Positions 9,365 to 18,268 of a DNA stretch of 64,000 nucleotides are shown here, one piece after another. Each line of letters starts with the position of its first letter. The first letter of the stretch is position 1. Under the pieces are notes generated by a model. It was not told where the DNA came from and searched no databases. It saw only the letters and a list, made by a program, of their open reading frames with translations. The translations under genes and the position numbers were made by a program. This DNA is from a virus (Duplodnaviria > Caudoviricetes), in the IMG/VR virus record IMGVR_UViG_3300032007_000028. One strand, 5' to 3'.

Positions 9365-9955
9365 CCATATGGAGTCGTCTGTATCGTCTTCGTTGTTCCT
9401 ACGCTCGATTCTGAGTTCATAGCAATCGTCGAACAAGAAGTCAGACAGACAGCTGATTTTGTATCTGACGAGAAACCAGTCAATCGCATCGTCGAAGCCG
9501 TGGAATGAGTCGTGTTCGTTCATGAGTTCCATGTTAGCCACATCGCCAATCATGGATTCCCTAAGGCCGCATTTCGTCTTCGTGTAACGAGTGCTTATCT
9601 TGATGCCATACAAGCGTTTGTCGAGTGAGTACATCTCGAATTCGTCGTGCATTAGTCTATGGTAGAACGTATGGTACACATCGTCGATGGCAGTCGTGCA
9701 GTCCGATGCCAATCTGCTTCTTTTGAATTGGCTGTCTTCGTCTGCTGGAATCCTGTATTTGTTCTTCGCGAACGTGGCCACGAGATAGGTGATTAGGAAC
9801 GCGAATTTGTTCTTGAATCCGCGAATCGTCTCCACTTTGTCTCCGTACTTTCGCAACCGTACGTGTACGTAACCGTCTTTGCAGGCGAATTTACGAGTCC
9901 TCGTACGAAAGCCGTTCGTAGGGGTGTATTTCACACAGTAAGTAAGCTCGTTCAT
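9362..9955 (-). CDS. Hypothetical protein
   Basis: 197 aa ORF coupled to upstream gene. Confidence 0.6.
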   Translation of the reverse strand: MNELTYCVKYTPTNGFRTRTRKFACKDGYVHVRLRKYGDKVETIRGFKNKFAFLITYLVATFAKNKYRIPADEDSQFKRSRLASDCTTAIDDVYHTFYHRLMHDEFEMYSLDKRLYGIKISTRYTKTKCGLRESMIGDVANMELMNEHDSFHGFDDAIDWFLVRYKISCLSDFLFDDCYELRIERRNNEDDTDDSIW

Positions 9956-10878
9956 CTCAATTCGTCCTCATTCAATACCAATACGTTCACTCGACCTGAC
10001 AGCACGGTGCATGCGTCTAGACCAATCAGACCAGGGAACATCTTCGATTCGTAGATTGGGTTTTCGTCGTCTTTCAACCACTTGTCGAGTTCGTGTGCGT
10101 AATCTAGTCTATTGTAGAAGTCGCTCGTGTGCCAGTGACCGCATACGAGTATCTTTCCCTTTTCGGTTTCTGGCGCGAACAGACCTGCTTTGAACTTCCT
10201 CCACGGGCATCCCCACATCGCATTCTCCCATCTGTCGTCGCTTGCGTCTCGCCAGTTCGGGTCGTAACTGTCCGGTGTGTCTTTTATCAGGGCACCAGCC
10301 CACCTCGATTTCTCGAAGTCTATGTGTTCGTCGACTGGCACGAAAGCGTGCACGAATACGTATTTGCCCAATTCGAGATAGTTGCGCCATTCGTCTGAGC
10401 CAATCCAGTACAATATCTCTTTCAGCTTCTCGTTGTCGTATATCGTATTCTCGACTCTCTCACATTCGTTTTCGAGGTCCCGTTGCCACGCGTCCCACTC
10501 GGGAGTACCGTAGTCGGGCAGACCCGCTTTGAAGCCACGTTCGATGACATAGTCACGTCTCCATGTGTCTGAGATGCCAGCTATGTCGTACAGCGTCTTG
10601 TCGGTGCCATTGTGCATGTCATGCGATTCGGCGTGACCTCTTTCGACCAATTCCCTAAGCAGGGTTTCGTGATTGCCACGAATCAGATATCTGCGCTCTA
10701 CTGGTAGCGACCTTATGAACTCGTAGACCTGCAGTGGCTTACGACCTCTGTCGAAGATGTCACCACAGACTATGAGAATATGCTCTTCGTTATTCTCGTC
10801 GAAGCCAGCTTCTTTCAGAGACGTCATCCATTCGTCGTAGAAGCCATGTATGTCAGAACACACAAAGTATTTCTTCAT
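9952..10878 (-). CDS. Calcineurin-like metallophosphoesterase (PPP-like)
   Basis: SDIHG, GDIFDRG, RGNHE, VHA, CGHWH motifs. Confidence 0.9.
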   Translation of the reverse strand: MKKYFVCSDIHGFYDEWMTSLKEAGFDENNEEHILIVCGDIFDRGRKPLQVYEFIRSLPVERRYLIRGNHETLLRELVERGHAESHDMHNGTDKTLYDIAGISDTWRRDYVIERGFKAGLPDYGTPEWDAWQRDLENECERVENTIYDNEKLKEILYWIGSDEWRNYLELGKYVFVHAFVPVDEHIDFEKSRWAGALIKDTPDSYDPNWRDASDDRWENAMWGCPWRKFKAGLFAPETEKGKILVCGHWHTSDFYNRLDYAHELDKWLKDDENPIYESKMFPGLIGLDACTVLSGRVNVLVLNEDELR

Positions 10879-10921
10879 TTCGTTTTCTCCTCAGATGCGA
10901 AGAAAACTCTTCGCTAGTATA

Positions 10922-11332
10922 TTATACTGCACGAATCGTGATTCCGAATCCGCAAAGTATGGCTTCGTAACCAATCTTGGTGAAGTATCTCGCGAAGAAT
11001 TCGAGTTGCAGGTCGTCGAATCGTTCCCAAGAGCTTATCTTCATCAGGGGGTACTCGACTTCGTTTGAGAACCTCAGTCCATTGATTATGTTGTTTAAGT
11101 TGTACTTGAAGTCGTCGCTCTTCATGAAGTCCCCGTATTCCGAATCGACGTCCATCGTGAGCCACATTTGCTCACGGTCAATCTCGTGCATCGCGTCGGT
11201 ATTTGGTTTTTCGTCAAGAATCGGCACCCACTTCTCCCGTCTGTAGTTGAATCTATCCCACGACTCAAACCCGTAATACGAGTTATATCGATACAGAGTG
11301 TCGTCGTCGCTGACGAAGTACTTTGTCGTCAT
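10922..11332 (-). CDS. Hypothetical protein
   Basis: Start moved to MTTKYF after GGAGGT RBS. Confidence 0.55.
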   Translation of the reverse strand: MTTKYFVSDDDTLYRYNSYYGFESWDRFNYRREKWVPILDEKPNTDAMHEIDREQMWLTMDVDSEYGDFMKSDDFKYNLNNIINGLRFSNEVEYPLMKISSWERFDDLQLEFFARYFTKIGYEAILCGFGITIRAV

Positions 11333-11571
11333 TGTGCTGTCACCTCCGCGATTTTGTCTTTGAGCGTCTTGAGCACATCGAGCGTCACGAACTTTTCCAT
11401 CGCGTTCTTGGGCTTGCCCATGATTGCTTCGTAGAGAGAATAGTATTCCCAGAGAAGCCAAGTCTCCTTGTCGCCATCGATTTGATAGAGCCACTCCTGC
11501 TCGAATTCCTGTGCGAGCAGTCGTTCAAGCGTGCGCATCTGGTCGTCGTTCAGTCTGATTGTCTTGGTCAT
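11329..11571 (-). CDS. Hypothetical protein
   Basis: Coupled small ORF with GAGGT RBS. Confidence 0.55.
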   Translation of the reverse strand: MTKTIRLNDDQMRTLERLLAQEFEQEWLYQIDGDKETWLLWEYYSLYEAIMGKPKNAMEKFVTLDVLKTLKDKIAEVTAQ

Positions 11572-11581
11572 CGTTTTCACC

Positions 11582-11899
11582 TCAGCAGTATCTGTGCTCG
11601 TATTTGGAGCGCATGAACTCCTCGAAGTCTTTGTCTTCGAATACGGCTTCTAGGAACCCGTCGTCGTACTCCAATGCATACGACAGGGCGGAACATGCGC
11701 CATTCACATACGCGTCGCGTTCTTCGTTCGTCTTATATTGAAGGGGCACGGGGGTGAGGAAGTCGATGACGTCGCTTGCGTAGACGTCGACTTCGACCAC
11801 ACGTTCTCCAGATACTTCGTAGCCGTCGCCGTCTCCGATGGGCGCACCGAGGACGTCGTAGGTGAGTTTGAGTTTTCCAACGGTTTTGTCTTTTTCCAT
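11582..11899 (-). CDS. Hypothetical acidic protein
   Basis: Start moved to MEKDKT after AAGGAG RBS. Confidence 0.6.
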   Translation of the reverse strand: MEKDKTVGKLKLTYDVLGAPIGDGDGYEVSGERVVEVDVYASDVIDFLTPVPLQYKTNEERDAYVNGACSALSYALEYDDGFLEAVFEDKDFEEFMRSKYEHRYC

Positions 11900-11912
11900 G
11901 TTCGTATTCTCC

Positions 11913-12530
11913 TTATTCGATTTCACTGAGTTTCTTGTCACGCTCGCGTTCGAGTTTGGCGACGAGTCGTTTCGCTTTCGCGATTTTCTTCGCGTATTGC
12001 GTCTTAATCGCTTTCCTACGCGCTTTGACCTTGTCCTTGATATTCTGTTCGATTTGGGCGTTGGCGACGTTCTGGGCGTGTTTCTCGCGTTCCTGAGACG
12101 TTGGCTCGCGCCAGTAGCCGTACACGCAACGTGTACCATCGCGGGTGCAGTCGTATGTATCATACAACTTTCCGTCTTTGACGCACGTGAGATGACGCGA
12201 CGTTCTGACGATGTAGTTGCCTTTCGCGGGAAGGTCGTGGGAACTGAGATGCGCTTGGCAGCCCGTGCCGATTCCCATCAGAGGGACCCAGACCCAGCCA
12301 AGTTCTCCCTCGATGTACTTCTTCTCGGTCTCTTTGTAGACGCCGTTGCGGGCACTGCTCTTACCACGCTTACGGGAACCGGTGCGTTCGCCTTTCGCGA
12401 GACGGTTGATTCCGTCGTAGATTTCCTTGTAGTCTTTGCCAGTCGCGTTCGCGATTGCTCTGACCACGCAGTCGCCAACCCTTCCCCTGAAGTACTTGGA
12501 ACGACCGCCATCGCTGTAGATGAATTCCAT
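11913..12530 (-). CDS. Conserved phage protein with GDCVVRAI motif (papain-fold-like Cys/His/Asp) and basic coiled-coil tail
   Basis: GDCVVRAIA...RHLTCVKDG..YDTYD; own sigmaA promoter. Confidence 0.6.
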   Translation of the reverse strand: MEFIYSDGGRSKYFRGRVGDCVVRAIANATGKDYKEIYDGINRLAKGERTGSRKRGKSSARNGVYKETEKKYIEGELGWVWVPLMGIGTGCQAHLSSHDLPAKGNYIVRTSRHLTCVKDGKLYDTYDCTRDGTRCVYGYWREPTSQEREKHAQNVANAQIEQNIKDKVKARRKAIKTQYAKKIAKAKRLVAKLERERDKKLSEIE

Positions 12531-12563
12531 GATGTAATCTCCTTTCGATTGCTTCCTGAGAAG

Positions 12564-12592
12564 ATTATATCATGACCTCGCAAGCGTGTCAA
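12564..12592 (-). promoter_or_regulatory. Consensus sigmaA promoter TTGACA-17-TATAAT with extended -10 TG
   Basis: Minus strand ttgaca cgcttgcgaggtcatga tataat. Confidence 0.85.
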
Positions 12593-12618
12593 ATCTTTCT
12601 TTCTACGAAAAGAAGGGA

Positions 12619-12828
12619 CTATTTGTCCCTCCTCAATGCATAATGCAGAGCATTGCAGATGTTATATGACAGCGAGTATATCGCGTCCCAGCCTTCGTTG
12701 TGTCGTTCTTCGTAAGCGACGCACACTACGTTTCTCAACGTCTCCCTGTCGACGTCGTCGAACTTCGAAGACAGTTTAATCATCGTCTCTTCCACTTTCG
12801 CTCTGAATATTTCGTAATCGTTCTTCAT
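12619..12828 (-). CDS. Hypothetical protein
   Basis: Start moved to MKNDYE after GAGGAG RBS. Confidence 0.55.
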   Translation of the reverse strand: MKNDYEIFRAKVEETMIKLSSKFDDVDRETLRNVVCVAYEERHNEGWDAIYSLSYNICNALHYALRRDK

Positions 12829-13319
12829 GCGTCTATGTTCTCCTCGATGTCTTTGCAGTCTTTGCCCTTCGCGTGTTTTTCGCATACGGGAAGAATCCAG
12901 CCAAGCGTGTACTTCGTCGACTTTTCGCCACAATAGATGCAGTGATGGAACGACCGTGTTTCGTATTCGTCTAAGATGTCCAGTACTCTGTCTGGCGCAC
13001 TTGCGTATATCCTCAGCTCGCCGTACTTCTCCTTCACTTCGCAGATTTCGACGGCGCGCTTTGGGAACCGTTTGCCGTATTCGTCGATGAGTGCTTTTCT
13101 GATGCGCTCGCTCATCTCTTTGCCAAAGGCCTTCTTCCAGCCTTCCGGTATATCATCGTACCAAGTCGAGTCGTATGCGGTACGACGCTTGCCTTTGCTA
13201 TCGGGATAGACGAACGCCCAAAAGGGATAACGTTTAAGGAAGAAGAAGTTTCTAATGACGACGAAAGGTTTGCTCAACCACCATCTGAGTCTGTTGCAGA
13301 ATCGTTTGAATCCCATCAT
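12825..13319 (-). CDS. Conserved phage protein (KEKYGxLR motif, C-terminal CxxC..C)
   Basis: IPEGW...VKEKYGELRIY...CIYCG...PVCEKH. Confidence 0.65.
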   Translation of the reverse strand: MMGFKRFCNRLRWWLSKPFVVIRNFFFLKRYPFWAFVYPDSKGKRRTAYDSTWYDDIPEGWKKAFGKEMSERIRKALIDEYGKRFPKRAVEICEVKEKYGELRIYASAPDRVLDILDEYETRSFHHCIYCGEKSTKYTLGWILPVCEKHAKGKDCKDIEENIDA

Positions 13320-13957
13320 TCACGCTCCAATTCAAACGAATACACTCTACCCTCGAACGCTCTGGGCTCAACGATTCTTCTGATTTCGCCAATCACTCTG
13401 AGAGGATATTTCTCGGTATACACCTTAATGAGGTTGAACACGCCGTCTTTGGCATGCATCTCCTTATCGTACAGAAGATTCTCGGCTTCCTTCTTTGTCA
13501 CCGCTTCGTTGGTCAATTCACGAATCTTATTCGCAGAAGCCGAAAACGAATCCAACTCATATACCCTATACTTAAGATTATCATGTCTCTTGACGTTCTC
13601 CAGATAGTCTTCGTAGTTATAGGGCCGTCTTATCGAACCGCTGTTGTCGTCCAAGAACTTCGTAAGATACTCGATGAACTCAACAGAACATTTCCTGTTC
13701 CCGTTCTCGTCGTCGAGACCATCACGGAAATTATACATGAGTTGGTCCGAAATACATTCGTCGCAAAGCTGTACAGCGGTACGCAACGCACAGTCTTTGT
13801 CCACGTCGAGCATCATCGGCAAATATTTCATAACATCGTCGTATGCACCCCATGGCATCAAGTGGTTGTTCCTCTTATAGCCGTATCTGCAAGACTGTAT
13901 CAGGAATCTGTACATGTCATGGACATTGACTTCAACGACCTTGTCTTCTTCGTCCAT
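13316..13957 (-). CDS. Hypothetical protein
   Basis: 213 aa ORF, GAGGT RBS, upstream TTGTATAAT. Confidence 0.65.
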   Translation of the reverse strand: MDEEDKVVEVNVHDMYRFLIQSCRYGYKRNNHLMPWGAYDDVMKYLPMMLDVDKDCALRTAVQLCDECISDQLMYNFRDGLDDENGNRKCSVEFIEYLTKFLDDNSGSIRRPYNYEDYLENVKRHDNLKYRVYELDSFSASANKIRELTNEAVTKKEAENLLYDKEMHAKDGVFNLIKVYTEKYPLRVIGEIRRIVEPRAFEGRVYSFELERE

Positions 13958-13994
13958 CTTCTTCTACCTCCATATATCGAAAGTATTATACAAC

Positions 13995-14075
13995 AAGAAA
14001 AAGCGACGCATACGGATGAAAGGATAAGAACCGAATACGTCGCATGGGCAAACAGACGAAAAATTCGTTTGCTTA
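13995..14075 (-). ncRNA. Candidate ~80-nt sRNA with anti-SD loop and terminator
   Basis: Downstream of TGCTAAA motif; hairpins GCAAAC..GTTTGC and GCGACGTAT-CGG[TTCTTATCCTTTCAT]CCG-ATGCGTCGC followed by U-run. Confidence 0.45.
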
Positions 14076-14110
14076 CGAGTATTTTAGCAAAAAGAAAAGC
14101 GTGATTTGAA

Positions 14111-14317
14111 TCACACTTCTTCCTTCGACTTCTCCCTCGCGCTTATTTCTTCTGCTTCTTCCTCGCCCTCTTTGACTCTGCCCATCGGCACATAGTCGTA
14201 TCCACCATCTGTGGTCATGCCAACATACAGTATTCCGTCTTTGACATGGTAGGGGATATTGTCGACTATGATTTCCCTTCCGTCGGCCATGACTATCTTT
14301 TCGGTCTTGGTGTACAT
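14111..14317 (-). CDS. Hypothetical protein
   Basis: 68 aa ORF. Confidence 0.5.
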   Translation of the reverse strand: MYTKTEKIVMADGREIIVDNIPYHVKDGILYVGMTTDGGYDYVPMGRVKEGEEEAEEISAREKSKEEV

Positions 14318-14333
14318 ACCATTTCTCTTCAGT

Positions 14334-14483
14334 TCAGTTCTTTTCCCCGTCCGTTGTCACACGAGGTAGCATTCTCTCAGCACCGGCTTCTTCGATTTCG
14401 ATTGCCACACCGGTTTCAGGCGGAAGGTTCGGCAAGAACTTTTCGATGATTTCCTCGGTCGTCAATTTAAGTTTCAATTTCAT
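14334..14483 (-). CDS. Hypothetical small protein
   Basis: MKLKLKLTTEE after GAGGGA RBS. Confidence 0.45.
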   Translation of the reverse strand: MKLKLKLTTEEIIEKFLPNLPPETGVAIEIEEAGAERMLPRVTTDGEKN

Positions 14484-14514
14484 TTTCTTTCCCTCGTTGA
14501 ACGCTTTTGTGATT

Positions 14515-15078
14515 TTATTCAGCATCGATATATTGCCAAGACCATGGCGCTTTGTGTAAATATTTATATTCGTAATATTCCATAGGTTCACCGCATTCAG
14601 GACATAACAATTCTTTAGGCGGTTCTTTTTTAATGCTTGTGTGGAATTCGCACAACATTCGTGGTCTGTCGAAGATTTCCAAGTCTTCGATATGCCAAGC
14701 GTATAGTTTCACCTGCTCATCGCGCCTTACTGGTGCATACTTGGTAAGGTCTTCCGGTGTTAGGCATGCGTCTTTAAGAGTTTCGTAAAAGAAGCTGTCT
14801 TTAAACGCATAAGCGTACTTGCCCATATCGTCTATTCTTTTAAGCGTGAATTTTGCGACAATCATTCCGTTCCATAGTCCAGCTTTGAATGTTTTCTTGT
14901 TATGGAAGAACTCTTGTCTGATGTGCCTGTATAGGTTTGGTTTTGTCTTCGTGCAGTAGATATAGACATCAGTCGGCAACTCGCACTTGGGTGCGGTTTT
15001 CAGAACAAGAAGGGTCTTTTCCCCGTTTAGAATTTTGGCAACCGATTCGGGCTTAATCGAAATCAATATGCTTTTCAT
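14515..15078 (-). CDS. ASCH-domain protein
   Basis: ILISIKP...KILNGEKT...VYIYCTK...AWHI...APWSWQY. Confidence 0.8.
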   Translation of the reverse strand: MKSILISIKPESVAKILNGEKTLLVLKTAPKCELPTDVYIYCTKTKPNLYRHIRQEFFHNKKTFKAGLWNGMIVAKFTLKRIDDMGKYAYAFKDSFFYETLKDACLTPEDLTKYAPVRRDEQVKLYAWHIEDLEIFDRPRMLCEFHTSIKKEPPKELLCPECGEPMEYYEYKYLHKAPWSWQYIDAE

Positions 15079-15409
15079 ATTTCTTTATCTCCTCGTCAAT
15101 ATAATAGAGGCACTCAGGCCATTCGTAAGTGGGACACTCAGGCCATTCGAAGAAGGCGATGGCGATGCATGAATTGTTTAGGTATTCGAACTTTGTCTTA
15201 TCGTTCTCCCCGTCTTGTAAGTACCACCCGGCGCCGAACTTTCCCGATGTGCGCCATTCGCAGACATGGGGGATTCCGGCGAAGGCGGATGCTTTCTCTT
15301 TGAATCGAACCAAAGCCCAGTCGTGTTTCCCTTTTTCGGTAAAATAGAATTTTATTGGCCGCCATTCGTTGAGATTAACATCTTCCATTGCATACATATT
15401 GTCGTTCAT
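15053..15409 (-). CDS. Hypothetical protein
   Basis: Start moved to MNDNMY after AAGGA RBS. Confidence 0.55.
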   Translation of the reverse strand: MNDNMYAMEDVNLNEWRPIKFYFTEKGKHDWALVRFKEKASAFAGIPHVCEWRTSGKFGAGWYLQDGENDKTKFEYLNNSCIAIAFFEWPECPTYEWPECLYYIDEEIKKYEKHIDFD

Positions 15410-15489
15410 TGCTTTCCTTCTCAGTTTAATCGAAATAAATACAGATTTTTCGCATTCTTTACGCTTTAACTGCTTTTTAACGTACAATT

Positions 15490-15768
15490 TTAGCGGGGAG
15501 GCCATCCGCCTCCGTTGTATTTGCCGGGATACCACGAACATTGCGTAAGTTCTTTCGACCACTGTGAATCGTCTTGGGTAGTTTGAATAATCTCTACGTT
15601 GTCGAACACTGTCTTTTCGGTCGTGTGTTCTTCTCCCAGCCACTTCGACACCGCGTTGAACGAACAGAAAGTGCTGAACATAAGTGCTTTATGGAGTTTG
15701 GCGAAGTTCAGCAACTCGTTTGCGAGTTCGTCGTCGGTAAGCGACATCAGCCACTCTCTATTTGTCAT
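15490..15768 (-). CDS. Hypothetical phage protein (MTNREWL..L.D.ELA type)
   Basis: Common phage small-protein N-terminus. Confidence 0.55.
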   Translation of the reverse strand: MTNREWLMSLTDDELANELLNFAKLHKALMFSTFCSFNAVSKWLGEEHTTEKTVFDNVEIIQTTQDDSQWSKELTQCSWYPGKYNGGGWPPR

Positions 15769-15888
15769 TTCGATTACCCTCTGCTTTCTTGTTCGTTCTC
15801 ATTATTTTTTCGCTTTCACAAAACTTTCACATCGAGATTTTATATCGATATTATATAACTTTCGAAATTATTTTTGACGATGTTGCGT

Positions 15889-16518
15889 TTATTCGTTGTC
15901 TTCGCCCATCTGCTCGACTGAAGCTCGTCTCGCCCGTTTTCTCTCCCTCTTCGTCTTTCTGACGATTGCGGAATCTATCGTCGTTCTGTGTATCGAGTGC
16001 ACTTCTTTGAGAAGACCTTCCTGTAATAGGGAAGACAGACATATTGGCGTATAGTCTATATGTTCTGCGCATACGTTTAGATGTCTTTCTCCACAGTCTT
16101 TCTTGTCGTGGGCGTGACCGTGTATGTTGAACAGATAGTCTGGTAGGCCCTGTATTGGTTCGTGTGACAGTATGAGTCTGTCGTTTATCATAAGTGGGCC
16201 TTCGTATACTTCGTCGAATAGTCTGATGTAGTTGGACGCTCCTTTGTCGTGATTGCCCAACAGCAGTATCTTATACCCTCTTATCTTCTTGACGAACTCG
16301 ACGTCGCCAATGTCGCCTAGGAATATGATTGTGTCTTTTCTCCCGACCTTGGAATTGATTCTTCTGACCTGTTCTTCGTCGCCTGGGTAGCTTTCACCTC
16401 TGAACGACTTCGATTCTTCGTCGTCGAAATGTGCGTCGCTGTATATCCAGATTGAGTTTCTGTGCTCACCGTCTGTGCACGACCACTTCGAGAATATGTC
16501 GTATAGATGATTCGTCAT
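15889..16518 (-). CDS. Calcineurin-like metallophosphoesterase
   Basis: SDAHF, LGD, GNHD, SHEP, HGHAH. Confidence 0.9.
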   Translation of the reverse strand: MTNHLYDIFSKWSCTDGEHRNSIWIYSDAHFDDEESKSFRGESYPGDEEQVRRINSKVGRKDTIIFLGDIGDVEFVKKIRGYKILLLGNHDKGASNYIRLFDEVYEGPLMINDRLILSHEPIQGLPDYLFNIHGHAHDKKDCGERHLNVCAEHIDYTPICLSSLLQEGLLKEVHSIHRTTIDSAIVRKTKRERKRARRASVEQMGEDNE

Positions 16519-17045
16519 TCGTCTTCACCATTCAATATGCGTATCGCTTTGTCTGCAAGCTCTTTCGTCAGACCGAACGCGTAGTCTGTTTTGATTAGGA
16601 AAATATCATTATTGAGATATGGTTCTATATCCTTCGTCTCGTCGTCGAATACGACTGCCCTTTCGAGAACGTCTCTGTGTTTATATGACCAAAGCAGTAT
16701 CTCAGCACCTCTGTCGTCGACTCTTCCAACATCGCTCCACGACAATCTGACTTGCTTGACGTCCGTAAGCGTCTTCAGTGTGGTTCTATCGACTCCCTCG
16801 TCTGTGATTCCACGAAGGTGCATACCGAACGACGCGAGTCTGTCCATGACCGTTGACAACGAGTTCGGAAAGATTCTCCACGACGACGTCAGCACTATCT
16901 CCGCGTTCGTTTCGTCGATGATTCTACGCAACAGCGAAAGATGCTCGTCGTAGATGTCTACCTGCTCTACGTCGTAGCTTTCGTACTCTTCATGACTGAG
17001 GTAATGGTTCATCACACCATCTATGTCCAAAAACACGACTTTCAT
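16515..17045 (-). CDS. HAD-superfamily (Swiss-Army-Knife RNA-repair-like) phosphatase
   Basis: FLDIDGV, IVLTSSWR, RGAEI, VFDD; start corrected to MKVVFLD. Confidence 0.85.
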   Translation of the reverse strand: MKVVFLDIDGVMNHYLSHEEYESYDVEQVDIYDEHLSLLRRIIDETNAEIVLTSSWRIFPNSLSTVMDRLASFGMHLRGITDEGVDRTTLKTLTDVKQVRLSWSDVGRVDDRGAEILLWSYKHRDVLERAVVFDDETKDIEPYLNNDIFLIKTDYAFGLTKELADKAIRILNGEDE

Positions 17046-17066
17046 ATGTTTACCTCTTATGTAATA

Positions 17067-17140
17067 TGGTGCCAGTTGCTGGAATCGGACCAACATCGGA
17101 GGATTACAAAGCCCCTGTTCTGCCATTGAACTAAACTGGC
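17067..17140 (-). tRNA. tRNA-Thr(UGU)
   Basis: Cloverleaf GCCAGTT/AACTGGC, loop TT-TGT-AA, encoded CCA; atypical T-loop TCCGATT and C31-U39 mismatch. Confidence 0.8.
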
Positions 17141-17144
17141 GTAT

Positions 17145-17219
17145 TGGCGGGCCAGGAGGGAATCGAACCCTCTACATCGCAGTGACAGTGCGACAGTTTA
17201 ACCGTTAGCCTACAAGCCC
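17145..17219 (-). tRNA. tRNA-Asp(GUC)
   Basis: Cloverleaf, loop CT-GTC-AC, G73, CCA. Confidence 0.9.
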
Positions 17220-17223
17220 GAAT

Positions 17224-17480
17224 TGAGCGATGATAACTGTGTCGCCCACACAGTGCTGTATTGGGTAGCAACCCCTGCAACAACCAAAGTCCTACCAGAT
17301 GCTATGTTATGCTGGGACTTTATCAGGTGGCCAAACCTGCGAGCTAGTGCGGACTCTAGGGGTTAGGTCGACTCATGCCCTACGTGCCGCGGTGTACGCT
17401 TGATTGTTGCTTCATCATTGGACTGTTGCTGAATCGTAACAGGGCCACTACGCCACGACGAGGCTGATGAACTGTAGTGG
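17224..17480 (-). ncRNA. Candidate ~255-nt multi-stem structured RNA between tRNA-Ser and tRNA-Asp
   Basis: No ORF; many stems incl. CCACTAC/GTAGTGG, GCAACAATC/GGTTGTTGC, AAAGTCC/GGACTTT, CAGGT/ACCTG, ACTGTGT/ACACAGT. Confidence 0.6.
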
Positions 17481-17482
17481 AA

Positions 17483-17570
17483 TGGCGGAAGGGCTGGGAT
17501 TCGAACCCAGGGTAGTTTTGCCTACGCTTGTTTTCAAGACAAGTGCCTTCAACCGCTCGGCCACCCTTCC
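17483..17570 (-). tRNA. tRNA-Ser(UGA)
   Basis: Long variable arm, loop CT-TGA-AA, G73, CCA. Confidence 0.92.
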
Positions 17571-17583
17571 AACGTTAAGACGC

Positions 17584-18252
17584 TCATTCGTCTAATGACA
17601 CGAGAGCGTCGTACACGACATCTGGATAATGGGACTTGACGCACTTGGGAATCCACCACTTATTGGGCGCAAGCGAGATGTCGCCATATATCTGAATGAT
17701 GTCTCCCACATGTGTATACTTGAATATGACGGGAGGGCAGTGCGTTACGATGTCGTTGTTCGTTCTGACGATGAAGAAGTTGCTCCATCTCTCACGCAAA
17801 GCCTTCTTGACTCTGAAGCCAGCATAGAATCTAGGCGCTTCGAATCCAAAGCCAATCAGACCGCAGTCGCGAAGGTCTGGGCGATGATACCACACGCATT
17901 CGTGGCAAAGTCCTGCCAATGCACCACCATGTGAGTAGCCAACGACGACGACCTTGTTCCATTTATATTCGCCGTCTGAATCGCGCTCATCGATTTTTTC
18001 GATGACGATATCTTCAACCTCTTTCCACGCTGACAGAAACCCTCTGTGAACCCTGTAGGGAATCTCCATGTCTTTGTAGGGCTTTTTGCCGAATAGGAAG
18101 TTTCTTATCCAGTCTGTTACGCTGGACGAGCCTTGAAAGAATACATAGAGCGTATCATCATCTTCGACGAACGCGTAGTTCACGTCGTTTCCGACGGTCT
18201 GATACTCAACGTCGAACGCACATGCTCTGAACAATTCTTTTAACATCGTCAT
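17584..18252 (-). CDS. Lipase class 3 (alpha/beta hydrolase)
   Basis: FQGS..TDW, VHRGF, GYSHGG nucleophile elbow, DIVTHCPP, C-terminal His. Confidence 0.85.
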   Translation of the reverse strand: MTMLKELFRACAFDVEYQTVGNDVNYAFVEDDDTLYVFFQGSSSVTDWIRNFLFGKKPYKDMEIPYRVHRGFLSAWKEVEDIVIEKIDERDSDGEYKWNKVVVVGYSHGGALAGLCHECVWYHRPDLRDCGLIGFGFEAPRFYAGFRVKKALRERWSNFFIVRTNNDIVTHCPPVIFKYTHVGDIIQIYGDISLAPNKWWIPKCVKSHYPDVVYDALVSLDE

Positions 18253-18268
18253 TCACATCCCCCAATCG

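Noticed and set aside
9214-9489. 91-aa ORF with YVHYVHLHTYAHTH tail
   Set aside because: Translation artefact of the alternating purine-pyrimidine tract; it overlaps a real gene and terminator
17046-17126. N-terminal extension of the HAD protein in the ORF track
   Set aside because: Overlaps tRNA-Thr; the real start is MKVVFLD with a GAGGT RBS
17224-17480. RNase P RNA or tmRNA identity for the inter-tRNA RNA
   Set aside because: AAAGTCC is present but without the GAGGA context or the 3' conserved region; no tRNA-like ends or tag ORF
17455-17482. Hammerhead ribozyme suggested by plus-strand CTGATGA
   Set aside because: No GAAA core or matching stems, and it is on the non-transcribed strand
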